From positions 832,001 to 896,000 of the forward strand of contig CAVUCU010000001.1 of assembly GCA_963740085.1 (NCBI GenBank): a stretch of DNA of 64,000 bases, given 5' to 3'. Of this stretch, positions 10,511 to 20,606 are shown piece by piece; within the stretch, counting starts at the first letter, position 1; each line of letters begins with the position of its first letter. The position numbers and the translations under genes are program-made. The stretch comes from Nitrospirota bacterium. Lineage in GTDB: Bacteria > Nitrospirota > UBA9217. A model generated the notes under the pieces. The model saw only the letters and a list, made by a program, of their open reading frames with translations. It did no database searches and was not told where the DNA came from.

Positions 10511-10642
10511 TTGATAGATTCGCAAAAGTGCCCTAGCCACAAAATGCGCATAAGGCGCAGAAAAAATCTTGTGTTTAAAGGTTTTATCTCTGTGCTCTCT
10601 GTAACTTTTGTGGCAAATCTTGACTTCTTACGAATTCATCAA
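10511..10642. mobile_element. Short MITE/REP-like element (TTGAT..TTCGTAAAAAGT-type ends)
   Basis: Terminal inverted repeats ttgatagattcgcaaaagt / acttcttacgaattcatcaa. Relatives at 24255-24369 and 58829-58963. Confidence 0.6.
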
Positions 10643-10663
10643 GATTGATGCCCTTACAATAAA

Positions 10664-11572
10664 TCAAACGCTTTCGCGGAGATCCCGAGACACGGAGGAG
10701 TGCGGCAAACCGCCGCCTCCCCACGCCTTTATCGCCGTGGTGAGCCCCTCGACCACTTTGCCCATTCGCGCGTAATCCAGCGTATCGGGAAGGTCCGTCG
10801 GGGCGTGGTAATGCGGGTTTCGATAGAAGGCGGTATCCGTTACCATGAAAGCCTCGTACCCGAATTTGCCAAAGGACCAGTGGTCGGAGAAGTCGATGCC
10901 GATCACGATCGCCGGGGCGTTCAAGGTGACCACGGGAAGATCGGTGCCCTGTTGAAAATACTGTGCGGTCCTCTCCGTAAATGACTTCGACCTCATGTTC
11001 CCCACCATCGAGATGAAGTTCCCGGCCCTGGGAAACATCCTGTTCATGAAGGGAAAGGGATAATGCTGACAGCCGTCGCGATCGCAGAAGTAGCCGATCA
11101 TCTCGAGACAGATCATCCCCTCGACCCGTTCGTTCTTCTCCTTCAGGCTCTGCGCGTAACGATAGCTCGCCATTCTGCGGCTGCGGTAGACAGGCCATTC
11201 TTCAAGGGCAAAGGCGACGAACCTGACCGTTCTCTCCATCCGTACGCCGGCCAGCGCCCGCGCAAGACCGAGCAATCCCGCCACGCCGCTCGCATTGTCG
11301 TCAGCGCCCGGCGTGGTGCGCACGGTGTCGTAGTGGGCGCCGACGATGAGCAGCGTTTCCGGAGTGGCGCCCGTCAGTTCCGCGATGATATTGTGGTATG
11401 TGTTCCCGGAAAAGACAAAGGACTGCCTCGTGACCGGATACCCAAAAGAGGCGAACTGTTCTGAAATAGTGGTTGCCGTCCTTTCCAGTCGATCAAGGTC
11501 GCGATAGGTACGAGACCCGATATCGCCGGCAAGCACGGTCACGATCTGACGAAGATACTCAGCCATATCCAT
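10664..11572 (-). CDS. M28 family metallopeptidase
   Basis: GAHYDT..TPGADDNASG, EE, LEMIG, SDH and YH motifs. Confidence 0.9.
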   Translation of the reverse strand: MDMAEYLRQIVTVLAGDIGSRTYRDLDRLERTATTISEQFASFGYPVTRQSFVFSGNTYHNIIAELTGATPETLLIVGAHYDTVRTTPGADDNASGVAGLLGLARALAGVRMERTVRFVAFALEEWPVYRSRRMASYRYAQSLKEKNERVEGMICLEMIGYFCDRDGCQHYPFPFMNRMFPRAGNFISMVGNMRSKSFTERTAQYFQQGTDLPVVTLNAPAIVIGIDFSDHWSFGKFGYEAFMVTDTAFYRNPHYHAPTDLPDTLDYARMGKVVEGLTTAIKAWGGGGLPHSSVSRDLRESV

Positions 11573-11805
11573 AGCCAAAGCCTACCATACCCATATTCCG
11601 GTTGTCAAACATCGGCATCAATTTCCTTGACTCTTGCGTACTGTTTGCTTACACTTAAAAAAAGGGCAAACCACAGCAACCACAGAGGGCGCTGAGGAAT
11701 ATCTGGGGAAACAAAAACGTCCTGAGTTCCTCCGTTCGATCAATCTTCTCTGTGCACCCTGTGGTGAAATCTTGAAAATATGGTAAAAATTTCGAGGAGG
11801 ACATC

Positions 11806-12120
11806 ATGCCGAAACTACCGAATCAGTACACCAGCATCCAGAAGAAATATCAAGGTCTCATCAAGGCAGTTGAGAACCTCGGCAAGGCCGCCAAGAAAGC
11901 AGGGCCGCTGAACAAGAAGACCTCTGAACTTGTCCAGCTCGCTGCCGCGACCGCGGTCCGGTCCGAGGGGTCTGTCCACTCCCACGCGCGGCGCGCCCTT
12001 GCAGCCGGGGCAAAACCCGATGAGATCCGTCATGCGATCGTTCTGCTCACAAGCACCATCGGCTTCCCCGCTGTCTCCGCCGCCCTTTCGTGGGCAAATG
12101 ATGTGCTGGAGAAAAAATGA
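11806..12120 (+). CDS. Carboxymuconolactone decarboxylase (CMD/AhpD-like) family protein
   Basis: GPL..KT.ELV.LA...SEGSV.SH.RRAL..GA...EI pattern with a strong RBS. Confidence 0.85.
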   Translation: MPKLPNQYTSIQKKYQGLIKAVENLGKAAKKAGPLNKKTSELVQLAAATAVRSEGSVHSHARRALAAGAKPDEIRHAIVLLTSTIGFPAVSAALSWANDVLEKK

Positions 12121-12340
12121 CGTACACCCATGATCTGGTCAAGCCGTAACCAAAGCAAAAAACATGTCTCGCGCAAAGGCGCAGAGGCCGCAGAGAAAGA
12201 TAAAATCTTACCAATTGAGATCCGGTCTTTATGTTTTTCTCTGCTTCTTTGCGGCTCTGCGCGAAAATATTCTTGCCGTTTTGGGTCGAATCTGACTTAG
12301 AGTACATAAGAACTTCGGCAACAATCTGAGGTTTACCAGG

Positions 12341-12649
12341 ATGAAGATCGATATCTACCTGGCCGAGACGTGCGGCTCCTACCACGAGCTCCATGCGAAT
12401 CTGGACCTCGCGCTTGCGGCACTCGGCATCAAACCCGACGTGACGTTTCACACGATCTATTACGACGACGCGGTCAAGCTTGACATCAAAGGTTCCCCTT
12501 CAATCTGGATAAACGGGAAAGACGCCTTTGAAGGCGGCGGTTCTCCGGGGATATCCTGAAGAGCGTACATGGATGAGTCCGGGAGACTCAAAGGCGTACC
12601 GTCGGTGCTGATGCTGAAGCAGACGATCGAGCGGGAAATGGACAAATGA
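12341..12649 (+). CDS. Thioredoxin-like (DF/DUF2703-type) selenoprotein; UGA at 12557 read as Sec
   Basis: GSPSIWING motif. After ...PGIS-TGA the frame continues RAYMDESGRLKGVPSVLMLKQTIEREMDK, matching the family C-terminal (C/U)RxY...GxP pattern. A SECIS-like hairpin follows the UGA. Confidence 0.8.
12560..12590 (+). promoter_or_regulatory. Putative bacterial SECIS element
   Basis: Stem tgagtc(12574-12579)/gactca(12585-12590) with a G-containing loop cggga, starting 15 nt after the in-frame UGA. Confidence 0.65.
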
Positions 12650-12832
12650 ATCTAAAAACGGCATTTCTTCTTATTTGGCCGCAAAGAACACAAAGAGCTC
12701 AAAGAGATATGTCTTAAAGCATTCACCTTCGTATGTGATATAGTTTTTTCCTAATGGTTTGATTTATCTCTGCGATCTTTGCGTTCTCTGCGGTTAACTG
12801 CTTTTTTCAGGATGATACAACTAGTTTCAAAT

Positions 12833-13377
12833 ATGTCAAAGAACATGGGCGATATAAAAAGACTCGTCTTCATCGGCGATTCACTCACCGAGTGGGGCGA
12901 CTGGGGGCGACGGTTCCCCGGCTATCGGGTGACCAACCTCGGCATCTCCGGCGAAACGGTCGAGGGTCTTCTCGCCCGCAGGGAACGCATCCGCACGCAG
13001 ATCGACAATCCCGACTTCATCTTCCTCATGACCGGCATCAACAACATCGCAACCGAGCAGTACGATATCATACCCGCCTACCGCGAGATCGTGCGCAACC
13101 TGACCACCTGGTACAAACAAGCGACCATCGTTGTCCAGAGCCTGCTGCCGGTGGATGGTAAATGGGTCAGCCGAAGTCGTGATACAGGACACCAACCGTC
13201 AGCTCAAAGAAATCGCCCGCGAGTTCAATGCGGAGTATCTTGACGTGTTCAGATTATTTGTGGATGCGAAAGGAAAATCCGAAGAACGGGTATCTTTCGG
13301 ATGACGGGGTGCACCTGGCCGAGAAGGGATATGATGCATGGGCCAAAGAGGTGAAGAGGTTCTTATTAAGGAAGTAA
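12833..13377 (+). CDS. SGNH/GDSL hydrolase (frameshifted near 13150-13280)
   Basis: FIGDSLTE, NLGISGET and GINN blocks. The catalytic DDGVHL lies in a shifted frame ending at TAA 13375-13377. Confidence 0.8.
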
Positions 13378-13650
13378 TTTTAATGAATCAGGCGGATAGA
13401 CTGAAGGGAGAAGGGTTTTAGATGAAGTAGGCAGTATTTACGTTTACTGATATTGCAATGCTTTTTGTGACCAACAACCTAAAATCGAGTTTTATCTTCC
13501 TCTCTATTTCTCGGCTTAACAGCGAATATGAAACATTATAGATTCCTTCCTGTACTCGTTGGAGTTGCCTTTCCTCTAAACTTATAAAGTATCAACCTGA
13601 ATTTGTTAACGCATATCCATAAAAAATTGATTCAAATTGATTCGATATTG

Positions 13651-15066
13651 TGTAATGGCAAAATGATAATGTCCTATTCTGGCAAAGTAGAAATGTCCTA
13701 TTTTAAGTTACAATGCCCTGCCGTAATTGGAGGGTACTGTGACAGAAATGGACATGATCACTATGAGCAGGAGAGGAGACAAAAAGACTGCACATTATCC
13801 ACCAAGCATTGGATAAGAGGATTACGCCAGAGAGAAGGCTGCAGAGCATTGTAGGCTTGAGCAGCAGGCAGCTTCGGCGGATGCTGAAGCGAGTTCGGGA
13901 GGAAGGAGACGATGGCATCAGCCACCGATCCCGCGGCAAGGACCTCGAATCGTCGTGTCTCCGAAAAAGATCAAAGAGAAATCACTTAGGCTGTTTTAGG
14001 AGAAGTACAAGCGATTTCGGCCCTACCTTTGCGTGCTGAGAAGCTATCTTGATATTCATGCAATCAAAGATAAGCAAAGAAACCCTTCGTTTATGGCTGA
14101 ATAAAGAGAAAATATCCCTTATGAGAAGCGCAAGGGTAGAAAGCACCGGAAGTGGCGTGAGAGAAAGCATCATTTCGGTGAAATGATCCAGATGGATGGT
14201 TCCCATCATGACTGGTTCGAAGGCCGCGGCGCTGAGTGCGTGTTGATGGGATATATCGATGATGCCACAGGAACAGGTATCCGGCCGTTTTTATGACTAT
14301 GAGGGGACCATGCCAGCCATGGACAGCTTCAAACGGTATATCAAGCGCTACGGCGTTCCCCAGAGCGTCTATTTGGACAAGCACTCAACGTATAAATCCT
14401 AATGCCAAGCAGAGCATCGAGGATGAGTTGGAACGATAAAAAGCCCATGAGCCAGTTTGAAAGAAGTCTTACCGAACTCGGGGTAACAGTCATCCATGCT
14501 AATTCACCCCAAGCGAAAGGCAGGGTAGAAAGGAGTTTTCGAACGCTCCAGGATCGTCTGGTGAAAGAGATGAGGCTAGCCAGGGTTAACGGTGTTGAGC
14601 AGGCAAACGAATTTCTGATAAGATATCATCCCATATACAACACGAAATTTAAGGTCAAGCCCGCTTCAGAAACCGATGTACACCAACCCGCGCTGTCTAT
14701 CAGAGAGCTCGATAAGATTTTCTGCATTCGAGAAGAACGAACGGTGCGAAACGATTTCACGATCGCATACAACGGCAAACTGTATCAGATCAAAGACGCC
14801 ATAAAAACTAGAAAGGTCGCTGTAGAAGAACGAATCGATGAATCTCTGCACATAACTTATAGGGGCTTGGATATAAGATACCGGGAGATCAAGGAACGGG
14901 CAGCTAAAGAGAATCCAAAAACACCAGTATTAATTGAGAGGAAGTATCAACCGGCAGATCACCCATGGAAGAGACTCAGAAGAGCAAACCAGCAACTTCC
15001 CGTTGCCTCCTAAAACCGGACATTTCTATCTTTCTAAGAATAGGACATTTCTACTTTGCCTTGACA
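13651..15066 (+). mobile_element. IS1202-family (ISNCY) insertion sequence
   Basis: TGT...ACA ends with a tandemly repeated ggcaaagtagaaatgtcc motif in each end, and a 16 bp direct repeat AATTGATTCGATATTG at 13635-13650 and 15067-15082. Confidence 0.88.
13739..15013 (+). pseudogene. DDE transposase (ISNCY/IS1202), multiply frameshifted
   Basis: Fragments across frames: LSSRQLRR..., DFGPTFA, QMDGS.HDWFEGR, IDDATG, YLDKHS, ANSPQAKGRVERSFRTLQDRLVKEMRL. Confidence 0.88.
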
Positions 15067-15167
15067 AATTGATTCGATATTGTTGACATCTCTGGAAATC
15101 AGGCATATATTCGTGTCAACGTAAGCTGGAAACAAAAATGAAATGTTGGCTGCAGACGGGATGAACC

Positions 15168-15794
15168 TTGACCGAAAATCGTAAACACCGTTCTTCCAAT
15201 GAAGACATTACTGCACAGAAGCAAAAGGAAACGCGAGATAAGACAATTCTACGCATGGCGATGGATGGTTTTTATATTGTTGATACGGAAGGTCGTATTG
15301 TAGAAACTAATGATTCTTATTGCTCGATGATAGGTTATAACAGCGAGGAACTGCTTAAGATGAGCGTTAAAGATGTTGAAGTGCTGGATACACAAGAAGT
15401 AATTGAAAAGCGCATTCAACAAGTTATAGGGACCGGCTCTGCGCGCTTCGAGACCAAGCATAGGCGCAAAGATGGGAGAGTTATTGATATTGAAGCTAGT
15501 GTTAATTATTTATTAGAGAAACAGCCAAAGTTTTTTTGTTTTATGCGCGACATAACTGAGCGCAATAAGGCAATCGAGGAGCTGAAACGTCTGAATGAGA
15601 TCCTTGTGCGTCAGGCAGCAATGGATCCCCTAACCGGAATTTCCAACCGGATAAAATTCAATGAGGTTTTGGGAAGGGAGATCGCTCGGTCTAAACGGTT
15701 CGCACTTCCTCTCTCGCTCATTATGATTGACATTGACCATTTCAAGGAAGTAAACGACACCCATGGACAGATTCATGGCTCTAAACAAGGATAA
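15168..15794 (+). pseudogene. PAS + diguanylate cyclase, truncated inside the GGDEF domain
   Basis: PAS domain, then DPLTGISNR...MIDIDHFKEVNDTHG. The sequence diverges and stops before the GG(D/E)EF motif. Confidence 0.8.
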
Positions 15795-16001
15795 CTTGCC
15801 CGAAGGTGCAGGAAATCCGAGGAATCAAGAGACATATCGAGTTAAAAGTAGAACAACTGAACGGTCTAAGCTCGAAGCCAGGAACCCTAAAGGATGTGTG
15901 CATGCACCATCACGATGGCTACTCAGCCTATGGCTGCATAGTCAGCGGCTACTGACAGATTTGACATCCGACCTGGTTCCCTTGATTATAAAGTTATATT
16001 T

Positions 16002-16495
16002 CTATTGCAAATGATCTATCCGGAGCATCACCAAATTGTCTACCTTCACCGTCGTTATTGAGAGAGTTCTTGATGAGGGAGAGTCTGGGTTGATGTATGC
16101 AGGTACCATACTTTGGGGCTTACCGGTCGCAAAACATTTAGTAACCGCTTTTCTGATAGTACATCCTGAACAGTGAATCGTCCTTCCGCATCCTTCTGGT
16201 AGCCTGGCATACTCACACTCGAATACATTTCCGCCTAGATGCTGCACAATAGTTTTCGGCTCCTTGCCGAGAATTTCACAGGCCCTACTATTCACGGCCG
16301 TAACTTTAACATTGCTGTCGACTACAAGGATTGGGATCGCAAAACTTTCAATATAGCGCTGGAGCTGAACTCCGTCCTGAAAAATGATATTGTCACGGCA
16401 ACTTGAGCAGATCCATGGGAGATCTCGGGGTCTGGGTGGATGCTTTCTTTTACGGGACCTATGTCTTTTAAACACCAGGCGCAAACGAGTCTCAT
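16002..16495 (-). CDS. Cys-rich zinc-finger + PAS domain protein (frameshift near 16412)
   Basis: RBS GGAGG, MRLVCAWC...EISHG in one frame, then ICSSCRD...PILVVDS...FECEYARLPEGCGRTIHCSGC in the next. Confidence 0.75.
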
Positions 16496-16944
16496 GGCTA
16501 CCTCCCTCACTCTTTGTTCTGCAGTAGAGCATAGCATTCCCCGCAGATGCGAGCCTAGATCAATCAAACTCTCTCGTTAAAAACTATTTTAACTAAATTT
16601 TAGCCAGGCGGCAATAATAATTACATGGCATGGTACAATTAGAATTTATTACCATTCTTCCTAAAATTACTATGTAGACTTGTAGGTGAAGTCTGGTTTA
16701 TGAATTGTGTTTACAACAACTATCAATACGAATACTGATTGCCACATTTTAGAGAAATTAAAGCAGATACTCTTCAGCCTTCGGTCTTCAACCTAAATAC
16801 CTTAGTAGTTACCAGTGATCCGGAAGAAGTTTAATGTGATGTAATTCGAGAAGTTCTCTGCGTCCTCTGCGGTGAACGGTTTTGTCCCTCGTTCCTTGCC
16901 TTTTACTCCTTACTCCGAATCCCAGACTCCGCGCTCCGAACTCT

Positions 16945-18957
16945 CTACTCCACTTTCACCCCCACCGCCAGCTCCTTCTGCTGGAGCGACCTGATCTTGT
17001 CACGCAGTTCTGCCGCTGTCTCAAAGTCCAGCTCTTTTGCCGCCGCGCGCATCTGTTTTTGAAGCGAGGCGACGTAGGCGGGGATGTTCACGGTCGGCAG
17101 ATACTCGCCCGCGTCTTCAGCGGCGATCGGAACGGTGAAGTAATCCTGCTCATACACCGTGCGCAGCGCGGCCTGGATGTTCTTCTTGATGGACTGCGGC
17201 GTGATGTTGTGCATCTGGTTGTATGCTTCCTGCACCGTGCGCCGCCGGTTGGTCTCGTTTATGGCGTTTCTCATGGAATCGGTGATCTTCTCCGCGTAGA
17301 GGATCACCTCGCCGTTCACGTGCCTTGCCGCGCGGCCCATGGTCTGGATGAGCGAGCGCGCCGAACGCAGGAACCCTTCCTTGTCGGCGTCGAGGACCGC
17401 GACGAGCGAGACCTCGGGGATGTCCAGCCCCTCGCGCAGGAGGTTGATGCCGATCAGGACATCATATTTCCCCAGGCGCAGGTCGCGGATGATGTCCACC
17501 CGTTCCAAGGTGTCGATATCGGAGTGGAGGTAAGCCACCTTCACGTTCAAGTCCTTGTAGTGTTCCGTGAGGTCCTCCGCCATGCGCTTCGTCAGCGTGG
17601 TGACGAGGACGCGCTCTTTCGACTCGGCCCTTTTTCTGATCTCGTTCAGGAGATCGTCCACCTGCCCCGTGGCCGGCCTGATCTCTATCTGCGGGTCCGT
17701 GAGGCCCGTGGGCCGGATCACCTGCTCGATGATCCTCTTGCCGGACTTCGTGACCTCGAAGTCCGCCGGCGTGGCCGACACGTACACGGTCTGGTGTACG
17801 CGCTCTTCGAACTCCTCGAAATTGAGCGGCCGGTTGTCCAGCGCAGAGGGCAGGCGGAATCCGTATTCAACGAGATTCATTTTCCTGGCCCGGTCGCCGT
17901 TGAACATGCCGCCGATCTGCGGGACAGTGGCGTGGGACTCGTCCACGACCAGGAGAAAATCCTTCGGGAAATAGTCGAGCAGGGTCGGCGGCGGTTCGCC
18001 CGGGGCCCGTCCGGAAAGATGGCGGGAATAGTTCTCGATGCCGTGGCAGTAACCCATCTCCTGGATCATCTCGAGATCGAACATCGTTCGCTGCTCGATG
18101 CGCTGCGCCTCGATCAGCTTGTTCATCCTGCGGAACTGCTGGATGCGCTCCCTGAGCTCTTCGTGGATGCCGTCGATGGCCGCCTTCATGCGCGACTCGG
18201 GGATCACGTAATGGCTGCCCGGATAGATGGCGACCTTTTCGAGCTTCTGGCGGGCCGTCCCCAGGAGCGGATCGAACACCGAGATCGTTTCGATCTCGTC
18301 ACCGAACAGCTCGACGCGGATCGCCGCGTCCTCGTAGGACGCGGGGAATATTTCGACAACGTCCCCGCGCACCCGGAAGGTGCCGCGCTGGAAATCGAAG
18401 TCGTTCCGCGAATACTGGATGTCCACGAGCTTCCGAAGGATCTCATTCCGGTCGATGCGCTGCCCCTGTTCGAGGAACAGCAGCATGCCGTGGTACGCCT
18501 CGGGCGAACCCAGGCCGTAGATGCACGAGACCGAGGAGACGACGATCACGTCGTTCCGCTCGAACAGCGAGGTGGTCGCCGAGTGTCGCATGCGGTCGAT
18601 CTGCTCGTTGATGGAGGAGTCCTTCTCGATATAGGTGTCCGTGGTAGGAAGGTATGCCTCGGGCTGGTAGTAGTCGTAGTAGGAGACGAAATACTCCACC
18701 GCGTTCTCGGGGAAAAGCTCCTTGAACTCGTTGTAGAGCTGGGCGGCAAGCGTCTTGTTGTGCGCGATCACCAGCGCGGGCTTCTGTACCTTCTCGATCA
18801 CGTTCGCCATGGTGAAGGTCTTGCCCGAACCCGTGACCCCGAGCAGGACCTGGTGTTCGAGCCCCTTGACAATGCCGTCAGCGAGCTGCTCGATCGCCTG
18901 GGGCTGGTCGCCGGTCGGCGTATAGTCCGATGTTATCTTGAATTTCGGCATGGACAC
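16945..18957 (-). CDS. uvrB: Excinuclease ABC subunit B
   Basis: [28 protein letters not shown] and C-terminal UVR domain. Confidence 0.98.
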   Translation of the reverse strand: MSMPKFKITSDYTPTGDQPQAIEQLADGIVKGLEHQVLLGVTGSGKTFTMANVIEKVQKPALVIAHNKTLAAQLYNEFKELFPENAVEYFVSYYDYYQPEAYLPTTDTYIEKDSSINEQIDRMRHSATTSLFERNDVIVVSSVSCIYGLGSPEAYHGMLLFLEQGQRIDRNEILRKLVDIQYSRNDFDFQRGTFRVRGDVVEIFPASYEDAAIRVELFGDEIETISVFDPLLGTARQKLEKVAIYPGSHYVIPESRMKAAIDGIHEELRERIQQFRRMNKLIEAQRIEQRTMFDLEMIQEMGYCHGIENYSRHLSGRAPGEPPPTLLDYFPKDFLLVVDESHATVPQIGGMFNGDRARKMNLVEYGFRLPSALDNRPLNFEEFEERVHQTVYVSATPADFEVTKSGKRIIEQVIRPTGLTDPQIEIRPATGQVDDLLNEIRKRAESKERVLVTTLTKRMAEDLTEHYKDLNVKVAYLHSDIDTLERVDIIRDLRLGKYDVLIGINLLREGLDIPEVSLVAVLDADKEGFLRSARSLIQTMGRAARHVNGEVILYAEKITDSMRNAINETNRRRTVQEAYNQMHNITPQSIKKNIQAALRTVYEQDYFTVPIAAEDAGEYLPTVNIPAYVASLQKQMRAAAKELDFETAAELRDKIRSLQQKELAVGVKVE

Positions 18958-19116
18958 ATATTACTTGATTATAAGGGTGAGGTCAATAACGGGCGGCGCG
19001 GAAGCGCTCTATCAGAGACTTATTGCTTTTCTGCCATTATCTCTGAAACCGATGGTGTGTAAGTTCACCTCTGAAACTATCATCGTTGTCCATGCCCGTT
19101 ACTGCTCCTTTCTCTT

Positions 19117-19704
19117 TTATATTAACATGGCATTTACTGGGCGTGTCCGACAGCTTACACTGCCACTCACTGCTGGACTATCCGCATCATAAAAACGTAA
19201 CAGCGTATCTTTCCATTCTTTTGCGTACTCAATGCCGATACGTTTACTTCTTTTTATCCGCGGTCGTATTCGGGAACCGGAGAGGAGATACAACCTGTCG
19301 CCGCATAGGTCCATGCTATGGTAAGATCGGGTGATTTTGAGACCGCGCGTGAGTTTGCCCGGACCGGAAAGATCAGCTTGCCACTCATCGAGAGGTTCGG
19401 CCGCGCGGATGAGCACGGCCTGTGCTTTGCCGGTTTTACCCGCGACAATATTGAACATGTTGTACATCCCGTAGATGAGGTAGACGTACGCATGACCAGC
19501 AGGGCCGAACATGACCTCGGTCCGTTTTGTTCTGCCTTTGGAGGAGTGGGAAGCAAGGTCATTGGGGCCGAGATATGCTTCGGTTTCTACGATTCGCGCC
19601 CGGTACTCCTTGCCCCGAACACGATGCACGAGAATTGTTCCGATCAAAGCGCGCGCAAGCTTGATCGCGTCTTGATGATAAAATGACCGGCCGAGCTTTT
19701 TCAT
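19117..19704 (-). CDS. mpg: DNA-3-methyladenine glycosylase
   Basis: RIVETEAYLG.ND.ASHS, AYVYLIYGMY, AVLIRA.EP and GPGKL motifs. Confidence 0.93.
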   Translation of the reverse strand: MKKLGRSFYHQDAIKLARALIGTILVHRVRGKEYRARIVETEAYLGPNDLASHSSKGRTKRTEVMFGPAGHAYVYLIYGMYNMFNIVAGKTGKAQAVLIRAAEPLDEWQADLSGPGKLTRGLKITRSYHSMDLCGDRLYLLSGSRIRPRIKRSKRIGIEYAKEWKDTLLRFYDADSPAVSGSVSCRTRPVNAMLI

Positions 19705-19744
19705 AGCACTGTTACCTTACCATCAAAAACCAGAATGTTGATTT

Positions 19745-19814
19745 CCCTAACGACGCGGGTCACGCGCCGCCTTCAGGCACGTCGCTGTGGACTTGCCTTG
19801 CCACATGGTTAGGC
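19745..19814 (-). other. Integron attC site 1
   Basis: Minus strand GCCTAAC (overlapping the cassette gene stop codon) ... imperfect hairpin ... GTTAGGG. Confidence 0.7.
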
Positions 19815-20483
19815 ACTTATCTTCTTTTTAACAGCTGAGAGTATTTCATTCGCAACCGCAATTAATAGCTTTGCATGGCCCTCGAGGATAGGACGCGTGC
19901 GACTATTCCGATTCCGTCCCAGGCTACCGTGAAAATTTATATCAAGTTCGTGTATTATTTTATTTCGAGTATCAAATATCTTTTTAAAATCTTCTTTCTT
20001 AGTTTGGAGAATTTGGGCTGAAATCCCAAGAGCTTTTGAAGTTTTAAATAGCTGGTCTACAGACTGCAAACTGCTTCCAGTTAAATAAACGACGTAGTCA
20101 TCGAGAAGGCGTTGATACGGAGAGGATGAGACAAGGAGCCGGGCCAAAAACTTAGTACCACCTGAACCTTCCAGCCCATCCTCCTCGCCCCGCAATTGCC
20201 GCTGCGCAAATGTTTCGAGTTCTTGCTGCACGGCAGAATCGGTCTTGGCAAGTAAGGGAACTGCCACACGAATTAGTTCTTTCAGCAGGGAATCAAGCCC
20301 GGCCGCGGCGAACACGAGTGCTGAGCGGAGCAAATCTTGTTCTTCGTCTGTTGGACGCCCCTGTCCTGCCCCACGGCTTTTACGAACCGTATCAAATGCT
20401 TTAAAAAAATTCTCAACCGACGCCTTTGTATGGTCAAGGACCATCTGCGCCCGCCTGGCTGGATCAGTTTGATTTGTGGCCAT
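19809..20483 (-). CDS. HEPN-domain protein in a gene cassette (putative RNase/defence effector)
   Basis: Lower GC than flanks, helical fold, N-terminal DLLRSALVF..AGLD and C-terminal RNKIIH (Rx4H) motif. Bounded by attC sites. Confidence 0.7.
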   Translation of the reverse strand: MATNQTDPARRAQMVLDHTKASVENFFKAFDTVRKSRGAGQGRPTDEEQDLLRSALVFAAAGLDSLLKELIRVAVPLLAKTDSAVQQELETFAQRQLRGEEDGLEGSGGTKFLARLLVSSSPYQRLLDDYVVYLTGSSLQSVDQLFKTSKALGISAQILQTKKEDFKKIFDTRNKIIHELDINFHGSLGRNRNSRTRPILEGHAKLLIAVANEILSAVKKKISA

Positions 20484-20505
20484 AAGGAATAACCTCCCGA
20501 ATGGG

Positions 20506-20556
20506 GCCTAACGCGAAGATGAGCAGCGATTCGTCGGCTCGATCTTCTGGTTGGAA
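20506..20556 (-). other. Integron attC site 2
   Basis: Minus strand TTCCAAC-cag-AAGAT(C)GAGC...GCTCATCTT-cgc-GTTAGGC: a hairpin with a single extrahelical base. Confidence 0.72.
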
Positions 20557-20606
20557 TGTCTTTTATCTTTTTCGTGTTGGAGAGTATATGAGCCCTATTA
20601 AATAAT

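Noticed and set aside
11670-12800. CRISPR array
   Set aside because: The repeats are degenerate inverted arms, not identical direct repeats with regular spacers, and there are no cas genes.
14133-14156. 19/24 nt ungapped similarity between the variable block of repeat copy 2 (59506-59529) and the IS transposase gene, suggesting a guide-target pair
   Set aside because: Found by eye in purine-rich sequence with mismatches clustered centrally, and copy 1's block has no visible target. Not supportable without a genome-wide search.
19117-19704. mpg as a third integron cassette
   Set aside because: It follows attC1, but no downstream attC with the required CCCTAAC start was found.
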